A stretch of 10,876 nucleotides of DNA from Candidatus Deferrimicrobium sp. GTDB lineage: Archaea > Asgardarchaeota > Lokiarchaeia > Helarchaeales > HEL-GB-A. Within the stretch, counting starts at the first letter, position 1. Each line of letters begins with the position of its first letter. Positions 5,408 through 10,876 of the stretch are shown piece after piece. The stretch is from NCBI GenBank assembly GCA_035531115.1, contig DATKTP010000242.1, positions 1 through 10,876 of the forward strand. Direction: 5' to 3'. Position numbers and translations under genes: made by a program. The notes under the pieces are model-generated. The model made no database searches. It worked only from the letters and a program-made list of their open reading frames with translations, and had not been told where the DNA came from.

Positions 5408-6214
5408 TTAATATCCTAATTGGCGTAAACGCTTCTGAACTCTCTTATACCATTGATAGACTGCGACTGTTGAATGTTTCGCAAAGTAAACACGTTCCTC
5501 TGTTTTTGAGGGGATCATACGAAGGTCGGGATGTTTTTCGTTATCACGTTCAAGGACGCTGGCAAATCGGTGAAATGGAATGCCCTGTTCAACGTATAAC
5601 TCTTGAAACTCGCCATGTGATATCCAACCATCATCAAATGCCCTTTTCAAACTGAGGATGAGGGGTTTCAACGGTTTAATCCCCTTTTTCTCAATGCCCA
5701 ATGCGATCATCTTCCCAATTGCGCTACTGAAAATGTCGTGTTCATACCCCTGATTATGAATGTGATCAATCGTCCCATTCCAGATGGGAGATAATTGTAC
5801 AGTTGCAGAACCACCAGGAGTCTTTTCGATGATGATGAATTTTTCCTCGTGTAACTTATTCAGTTTCGCTTCAACGTCGGATAAGCCCGTGCAAGCACTG
5901 ATTAGATTGGATAAAAATATTTTGCGAGCCTCTACCCGTGCAAGCTTTTGCTGATACAGTTCTAATTGTCCCGTTCGTTCGAGTTCTTCTTTATTAGCAT
6001 CGATGTATTTGGTGAGACGGGTTTTCTCGTCAATGAGGTGGATATTTTGGTCGAAAAGTACATTAATAATGTTTTCAATGGTCTGAAGCGGCGACCAGAT
6101 TGTAAAACAGCTCAAAGATTGAATTCCCCTTAGTAATTCATAGTTCCCCTTTTCTAAACCCTCCCGAATTAACGGAAGTAACTCTTTAATGTAATGTTCC
6201 CAAACTGTACTCAT
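5408..6214 (-). CDS. Uncharacterised protein, paralog A (first gene of the operon)
   Basis: 268 aa. Shares the conserved blocks listed for 4292-5149. Basic C-terminal tail WYKRVQKRLRQLGY. AGGGGA lies about 6-8 nt upstream of the ATG. A long AT-rich non-coding region lies upstream. Confidence 0.85.
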   Translation of the reverse strand: MSTVWEHYIKELLPLIREGLEKGNYELLRGIQSLSCFTIWSPLQTIENIINVLFDQNIHLIDEKTRLTKYIDANKEELERTGQLELYQQKLARVEARKIFLSNLISACTGLSDVEAKLNKLHEEKFIIIEKTPGGSATVQLSPIWNGTIDHIHNQGYEHDIFSSAIGKMIALGIEKKGIKPLKPLILSLKRAFDDGWISHGEFQELYVEQGIPFHRFASVLERDNEKHPDLRMIPSKTEERVYFAKHSTVAVYQWYKRVQKRLRQLGY

Positions 6215-6489
6215 ACTTATCCCCTAAATTTTTCATAAAGAACATAAAATTTACCTATGAAGGTTATGGAGTTTATGTATATTGCATATATTTCTTATAT
6301 GATTTTATGTTTAACCTCGAATTATTTTTATCTTTTTAGTTATAGGTAGTAGTATATTCTATTTTAGAAAATTTAAATATTTCTTTTGTTTAAAGGAATA
6401 GAATGTTTAAATTATTCTAATAATTATAATAGATTCTGAATAAATATTCCTAAAAAAATTTTATAAACATAACTAGTTTAGAAAGTCGA

Positions 6490-6496
6490 TTATATA
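6490..6496 (+). promoter_or_regulatory. TATA-box-like element (TTATATA) positioned for a leaderless plus-strand transcript
   Basis: It is centred about 27 nt upstream of the ATG at 6520, which opens a 32-codon ORF (MTIKEINENLIWKGKPYIRIPSIIGLVYEVTI, 6520-6618). A purine-rich BRE-like stretch (gaaag) lies just upstream. It is divergent from the operon. The region is very AT-rich, so chance TATA-like strings are common. Confidence 0.25.
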
Positions 6497-7149
6497 CGCT
6501 ATGTGGCTATGGACATAGAATGACCATAAAAGAAATTAATGAGAACCTAATTTGGAAAGGAAAACCTTATATTCGGATCCCTTCAATTATTGGGTTGGTT
6601 TATGAAGTTACCATCTGATGAAAATCTTTATTTTGAACTTGAAAAATTACCGAAGTGTATTGACCTGAAATAAGAATTTCCAATTGTTGTTAATTTGAAA
6701 TGCAAAATATAACTTAAAGAAAAGCGTATTGGAGCTATATTTATCGAAAGATTCATACGTTCAACATAGAAAAATCGATATTTGGCAGTAACTTGAGTGA
6801 CTCTTTTATAAATTGCATTAACTTCTTTTCTAAAATATCGAGATATTCGAGGATATTCTTTTTATAAGGCAATATTGGAATTATTATTTCATTCGGACCG
6901 ATTTCGTTCAATTCTTTATCTAATGGTATCGATGAATCCAAATTTCCAAAAAGTGTGTTATAATGGACAATAATATCCCTTATTCTGATTGCTTCTTGAA
7001 TCCATTGCGTGATATTATTTTTAATGAGATCTATAAGCTTAAATCTGTTTATATAAAGAATATTTTGAATTCTTCGATATTTCTAAAGTATTTTTTAAAT
7101 AAAAGTTGTTTTCTAGTAAAAAGTTGTTTTTTTCCCAAATAATTATTGT

Positions 7150-7971
7150 TTAACTAGATTTTTCTCGTTTTTGAATAATCTCAAAGTGCCGTGCCACTTG
7201 ATCATAATCGCTTTTATAGATATGGAGACTATTGCTGAAATCCACGTATTGGATGAATTCGAGGTTCAAACTGCTTGATAACCATCTCCCAAACTCAGTA
7301 AAACCCAAAATATTAGCCCCAACGGCTTTGTACAAATCGCGGCTCCTCCATGTTGTCTCTAGAACCATATATTTATTTTCTATAATCCGAATCCAGAGTC
7401 TTTGTAAACATGGAGCACCAGAAATAATTAAATCTTTATATGGCGCCCAAGTAGTTACCTGCAATTTACGACTAATTGGTTCTTCTTTCGCTTTTTCAAT
7501 GAGCATTTCTATTTGATTAATACCTTCATCTGCCTTGAACTCTTTTTCGGTAATTCCATCAAAGATTTTGATGGTGGGTCTCTTCTTTTGTTTCAAGAGT
7601 TCTGCATGTTTGGGCTGCACCAAGCCCCATGAAAACAGCCTCTCATGGTACGTGTATGATTCTACGCCCTCTAAAACCCGGTGATCCATATCTCCATCAA
7701 TCAAATCCCGCACATATTGTTTTTCGCGGTAGGGCTTTTTTTTATCTGGACCGGTCACAAACATGGAAACACTGACAAAATCTTTCCGGGAGAAACGGGG
7801 TTCTTGCAAAGGATTCATGACATTAACTAACACGGAAGCTTCTTTGCTTAATTCATCGGAATAATGCTGTTCAATCTCAATACCTTTGTACCAAACCGCT
7901 TCCACGGCTTTTTCCCAAGCCTCGCCACAAGTTTCAGCCTCAACAAAGAGGATAGGTAAATGGGGTATCAT
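7150..7971 (-). CDS. thyA: Thymidylate synthase, ThyA family (divergent archaeal type)
   Basis: Alignable by eye to E. coli ThyA core motifs: [10 protein letters not shown] ~ [33 protein letters not shown] ~ [34 protein letters not shown] ~ LAPCHAFFQF (catalytic Cys); [13 protein letters not shown] ~ QRSCDVFLGLPFN; NSLHIY ~ DTHLY. The track start is TTG 7980. I prefer ATG 7971, which has GAGGT 10 nt upstream. Confidence 0.85.
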   Translation of the reverse strand: [273 protein letters not shown]

Positions 7972-8208
7972 TTTCTTCAAGACCTCATCCTAGGAGTTAT
8001 GAATCTACGGGAATGAAGGATCTATAAAAATTTTATTCTCATATTAGAAGAAAAATTGCAGAAAAATTGGAATTTTATCGGTGGCTGTTTCCCTTTTCCC
8101 CCTTTTCTTCAAAGAATTTTTATTTTAATAAAGTAAAGTTTTAAAGAAGTGATAAGAATGAAACCAAATGAAGACTCGTTATAGAAAACATTTATTCACG
8201 TGGATTGA

Positions 8209-8217
8209 AATTATAAC
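8209..8217 (+). promoter_or_regulatory. TATA-box-like element upstream of tRNA-Arg
   Basis: aattataac is centred about 30 nt upstream of the mature tRNA 5' end at 8244. AT-rich context, so low specificity. Confidence 0.3.
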
Positions 8218-8243
8218 AATAGATTTAAAAAATCAAACGTAAT

Positions 8244-8338
8244 GGGCCCATAGCGTAGTTGGATAACGCGCAGGCCTTCGGACCATTCGATGGGAAGAGA
8301 GCCTGAGGTCCAGGGTCCGAATCCCTGTGGGCCCGCCA
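8244..8338 (+). tRNA. tRNA-Arg (anticodon TCG) with canonical-position intron; CCA encoded
   Basis: Hand fold: acceptor GGGCCCA/TGGGCCC; D arm GCGT-AGTTGGATA-ACGC; anticodon stem CAGGC/GCCTG with loop C-T-TCG-G | 18-nt intron (8282-8299) | A; variable AGGTC; T arm CAGGG-TCCGAAT-CCCTG; discriminator G; then CCA. Confidence 0.9.
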
Positions 8339-8542
8339 ATTTTATAATTTATTTTTTGCTGAAAAACCCAGAAATTTATTCTTATTATTATGAATTTCAT
8401 AAGCGCGTTTGTTAAATCGAAAATCATCCTTTTTTAATTGATTTTATGCAGAAATTTTAAATAGAATTTCACATTTCCCTTACCAAGGACAGTCTTAAAA
8501 AACAAGTCCGCTATAGCTAGGAAAATATAAGAACGCAATAGT

Positions 8543-8740
8543 CCCTGGGTAGTTCAGTTTGGTAGAACGTCGGGCTGTAGAGATAAGTACCGCATAATTG
8601 AGATGGGATCGCGTCCCGCCTAGGATATTATGTCAGTAGCAGCGACCCGGTAAGATGGGCTTTCGGGATAGGAACCCGAATGTCGCTGGTTCAAAAGGGT
8701 TGGAAGTGGAATTCCTCCCCTGAAATTCCGGCCCCAGGGA
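8543..8740 (+). tRNA. tRNA-Tyr (anticodon GTA) with two introns (about 93 nt at 37/38 and about 31 nt in the T-loop)
   Basis: Exons give CCCTGGG TA GTTC-AGTTTGGTA-GAAC G TCGGG-CTGTAG[8581-8673]A-CCCGA ATGTC GCTGG-TTCAAA[8696-8726]T-CCGGC CCCAGGG A. The C1:G72 pair plus A73 is the archaeal Tyr identity set. The spliced sequence closely parallels M. jannaschii tRNA-Tyr as I remember it. Splice junctions are ambiguous by 1 nt. BHB motifs not verified. Confidence 0.85.
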
Positions 8741-8877
8741 CTTCTTCCTAATTCTCCTTGGTAGGGGGATTTCATACTTTATACGGGTCAATTATAATTC
8801 ATTATAAAATTAATAAGTCCCCCTATCTATACGAAATATTAAAAAATAGATGTAAATTAATTATACGAGAACGAAGG

Positions 8878-8885
8878 TATATTTA
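8878..8885 (+). promoter_or_regulatory. TATA-box-like element upstream of the tRNA-Asp/tRNA-Lys pair
   Basis: TATATTTA is flanked by GG on both sides and centred about 24 nt upstream of the tRNA-Asp 5' end. tRNA-Lys follows 25 nt after tRNA-Asp, consistent with co-transcription. Confidence 0.3.
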
Positions 8886-8904
8886 GGCAATCATTATAGA
8901 AAAA

Positions 8905-9013
8905 GCCTCGATAGTGTAGTCCGGCGATCATCTGGGACTGTCACTCCCAGGACTGACGAAAACGCCGTTTTGGTCAGTGGGATACCCGGGTCCAAATCCC
9001 GGTCGGGGCGCCA
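8905..9013 (+). tRNA. tRNA-Asp (anticodon GTC) with a non-canonical intron in the variable-loop region; CCA encoded
   Basis: Acceptor GCCTCGA/TCGGGGC (one G-U). D arm GTGT-AGTCCGGCGA-TCAT, the weak D stem typical of Asp tRNAs. Anticodon arm TGGGA-CTGTCAC-TCCCA. Then 36 nt (8950-8985) where 4-5 are expected, containing the hairpin ACTGAC-G-AAAAC-gcc-GTTTT-G-GTCAGT. T arm CCGGG-TCCAAAT-CCCGG. Discriminator G, then CCA. Confidence 0.8.
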
Positions 9014-9038
9014 CTTCTATTCTGAAGAGGTTATTTGT

Positions 9039-9132
9039 GGGCTCGTAGCTCAGCTAGGCAGAGCGTCGGGCTTTTAAATCAGAAATTGATAAAGAAACCC
9101 GATGGTCGCGGGTTCAATTCCCGTCGAGCCCG
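9039..9132 (+). tRNA. tRNA-Lys (anticodon TTT) with canonical-position intron
   Basis: Acceptor GGGCTCG/CGAGCCC; D arm GCTC-AGCTAGGCA-GAGC; anticodon stem TCGGG/CCCGA with loop C-T-TTT-A | 20-nt intron (9077-9096) | A; variable TGGTC; T arm GCGGG-TTCAATT-CCCGT; discriminator G. No encoded CCA. Confidence 0.9.
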
Positions 9133-9520
9133 TCATCCTTACCTATTTGCCAATATTAACTTTTCTATTCCCTATTTTATAATTGGAGCATTTTTATTCG
9201 AATATTAATCATAAACCTCGGTTTACGTCCTAATTAAGGTTGAATTATAAAAAAGTAACGCAAATAACTCAAGAAGAAAGGTAAGAAGCAGATTCAAATA
9301 TTTCGCTATAACTTTAAAAGTTGCAAGAAATTCGAAGAATTTATAAGGAAAATAATTTTTTATAATGAAGAAATACCTATCTAATTCCTTTTTAATAGAA
9401 ATTTAAAAATAACAGAAATTCTTTAATTAGAGAAAATTATGAGGTCTGAGAAGCAATATTGCTTAATAATTTATTATTTTATCTAATCAGAAACCTGTTT
9501 GGCTATAGTGGTGTATCCAA

Positions 9521-10876
9521 ATGACGAGTAGTAATGAAAATTTAAAGTTAGATAATTGGGTTTTAATGGGCGCTTTCTTTAAAGAAAAAGGGTTGGTGCG
9601 CCAACATTTAGATTCATATAATGTATTTATTGAAAAGACAATCCAAGAAGTAGTTGATGAAACTGCGCGAATTGAACCCGATATCCCCCAGTACTTCGTG
9701 AAGCTCGGGCGAATCAATATAGGTGATCCCACGATACGGGAAGCAGATGGATCTGTTAAACCCATATTCCCCATCGAAGCCCGTATCCGCAATTTGACAT
9801 ATTCGGCGCCCCTGTATTTAGAAATGATCCCGATTCGTAAAGATGAACGGACCGGAATTGAAATCGAAGGGGAAGTAGTAAACGTCTATATTGGTCGACT
9901 TCCAATCATGCTTCGGTCCAATGTCTGTCTTTTGAAAGATATGAGTGATGAGGAATTAATTAAACATGGAGAGGATCCCTTGGACCCGGGTGGTTATTTC
10001 ATAATAAATGGGTCTGAGCGGGTTCTTGTTACGCGCGAAGATTTAGCACCCAATAGGATATTGAGTGAGGAAGCAAGTAAAAGTTTATCTGCGAGTTATG
10101 TAGGAAAAGTTTTTTCAACTTCACACGGGTTTAGAGCCCCAGTTACGCTGGAGCAGCGTAATGATGGGACCCTTCGAATATCATTTCCCTCAGTTCCAGG
10201 AAAAATTCCTTTCGCGATTTTAGTTCGAGCGCTTGGTTTAGTGACGGATAAAGAAATTAGTGATGCAATTTCAGATGATCCACTTGTTAGGCGCCAGTTA
10301 ATAGCTACATTAGAGGCCGCTGCGCCCATTTATATCCCAAAGGATGCGCAAGGTACCATCGATAATGCGTTAGACTATATTGGAAAGCGAGTTGCGGTAG
10401 GGCAGACAAGGGAATATCGATTACGGCGAGCTGGTCAAGTTTTAGATAGATACCTACTTCCCCACATTGGCAGAACCAATGCAGATCGATTAAAAAAAGC
10501 GTATTATCTTGGACAGATGGCCCAGCGTATCGTAGAATTACAGATTAATAAGCGTATTCCAGATGATAAAGATCATTATGCAAATAAACGACTGAAATTA
10601 GCTGGAGATCTTCTTACCAGCCTATTCCGTGTCGCTTTTCTTAATCTTACTAGAGATATCAAATATCAACTCGAACGAACAGCCGTCAGAGGGCGGGCGC
10701 CAAATATTAAAACAGCAGTCCGCGCAGATGTCGTTACAGAACGATTACGCCATGCTTTAGCAACGGGCAATTGGGTAGGAGGTAAAGCAGGGGTCAGTCA
10801 ATTACTTGATCGGACTAATTATATTTCTGCTTTAAGTCATCTTCGTAGAGTCGTTTCTCCTCTTAGCCGAAGCCAG
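9521..10876 (+). CDS. rpoB: DNA-directed RNA polymerase subunit B (Rpo2), N-terminal 452 codons; continues beyond the window
   Basis: Not in the track because it runs off the right edge. Hand translation from ATG 9521: MTSSNENLKLDNWVLMGAFFKEKGLVRQHLDSYNVFIEK...EARIRNLTYSAPLYLEM...GEDPLDPGGYFIINGSERVLVTREDLAPNR...DDKDHYANKRLKLAGDLLTSLFRVAF...ATGNWVGGKAGVSQLLDRTNYISALSHLRRVVSPLSRSQ. These are signature blocks of archaeal/eukaryotic second-largest RNAP subunits. GGTG lies about 9 nt upstream of the ATG. Confidence 0.95.
   Translation, partial: MTSSNENLKLDNWVLMGAFFKEKGLVRQHLDSYNVFIEKTIQEVVDETARIEPDIPQYFVKLGRINIGDPTIREADGSVKPIFPIEARIRNLTYSAPLYLEMIPIRKDERTGIEIEGEVVNVYIGRLPIMLRSNVCLLKDMSDEELIKHGEDPLDPGGYFIINGSERVLVTREDLAPNRILSEEASKSLSASYVGKVFSTSHGFRAPVTLEQRNDGTLRISFPSVPGKIPFAILVRALGLVTDKEISDAISDDPLVRRQLIATLEAAAPIYIPKDAQGTIDNALDYIGKRVAVGQTREYRLRRAGQVLDRYLLPHIGRTNADRLKKAYYLGQMAQRIVELQINKRIPDDKDHYANKRLKLAGDLLTSLFRVAFLNLTRDIKYQLERTAVRGRAPNIKTAVRADVVTERLRHALATGNWVGGKAGVSQLLDRTNYISALSHLRRVVSPLSRSQ

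Noticed and set aside
6615-6668. C/D-box sRNA-like pair: CTGATGA (6615-6621) and CTGA (6665-6668), 54 nt end to end
   Set aside because: The overall length is right, but the internal D'/C' boxes are poor (TTGA, TTGAAAA). The second guide would be about 19 nt instead of about 12. No terminal stem or k-turn-compatible flanks are present. The C-box R position is a C.
7101-7130. 12-nt direct repeat AAAAGTTGTTTT (7101-7112 and 7119-7130) just downstream of the thyA stop
   Set aside because: It is a low-complexity A/T-rich string, so significance is marginal. The simplest explanation is two oligo-T tracts (on the minus strand) acting as ordinary thyA terminator signals.
6215-7149. AT-rich gap as a replication origin
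   Set aside because: I found no repeated ORB or mini-ORB-like elements and no adjacent cdc6/orc1 gene. AT-richness alone is insufficient.
3601-7516. Plus-strand ORFs 3601-3789, 5120-5383, 5470-5655 and 7232-7516
   Set aside because: Each is antisense to a strongly supported minus-strand gene (AAA+, histone/paralog B, paralog A, thyA). None has a recognisable domain or a convincing SD, so I treat them as shadow ORFs.
7150-7971. ThyA-like gene as a virus-type dNMP hydroxymethylase or DNA-modification enzyme linked to the island
   Set aside because: The catalytic Cys, the RS-x-D and the H-x-Y blocks fit ordinary thymidylate synthase. The N-terminal divergence is typical of archaeal ThyA. It is separated from the operon by 0.9 kb. 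Specificity cannot be judged by eye, so I kept the conservative call.
8233-8427. Minus-strand 64-aa ORF
   Set aside because: It overlaps tRNA-Arg on the opposite strand, and the GC-rich tRNA sequence keeps the frame open. No coding evidence.
8762-8825. 8-nt inverted repeat TAGGGGGA ... TCCCCCTA separated by 48 nt between tRNA-Tyr and tRNA-Asp
   Set aside because: The arms are short and the AT-rich loop is long. Several such pairs are expected by chance when any spacing up to about 100 nt is allowed. No further structure supports an ncRNA.
9451-9464. Perfect 14-nt palindrome AAGCAATATTGCTT about 60 nt upstream of the rpoB start
   Set aside because: A 7-bp-arm palindrome is expected roughly once by chance in a window this size (my rough estimate is 4^-7 per position, and higher in AT-rich DNA). 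It could be an operator, but there is no supporting evidence.
9487-10329. Minus-strand ORFs 9487-9792 and 10096-10329
   Set aside because: They are antisense to the unmistakable rpoB reading frame.
1-10876. CRISPR arrays, transposases/IS elements, integrases, rRNA genes
   Set aside because: I saw no regularly spaced direct repeats. No ORF has transposase or integrase motifs. There is no rRNA-like conserved sequence on either strand.

Overview
Archaeal chromosomal window, shown by intron-containing tRNAs (some introns at non-canonical positions), an HMf-type histone, an archaeal-type ThyA and the N-terminal 452 codons of RNA polymerase subunit B. Lineage cannot be fixed from sequence alone. 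Right to left on the minus strand: (i) a ThyA-family thymidylate synthase (7150-7971); (ii) a roughly 0.9-kb extremely AT-rich gap; (iii) a tightly packed eight-gene operon (6214 down to 1072); (iv) a partial DarT-like (DUF4433) ADP-ribosyltransferase gene (926-1, absent from the ORF track because it runs off the edge). The operon encodes unknown protein A, a histone-fold protein, unknown protein B (a paralog of A), a minimal classical AAA+ ATPase, two small unknown proteins, a 617-aa Rad50/SMC-like ABC ATPase with a central CxxC zinc-hook-like motif, and an AbrB/SpoVT-type DNA binder. On the plus strand lie four tRNA genes (Arg-TCG, Tyr-GTA, Asp-GTC, Lys-TTT), all interrupted by introns, then rpoB (9521 to the window end). 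The main hunt result is the histone/paralog/AAA+/Rad50-like operon next to the DarT-like gene. I recognise no described SMC-family partner set or defence system in it, so I flag it as a candidate undescribed chromatin-linked system. All functional calls come from motif recognition by eye. No database search was possible.
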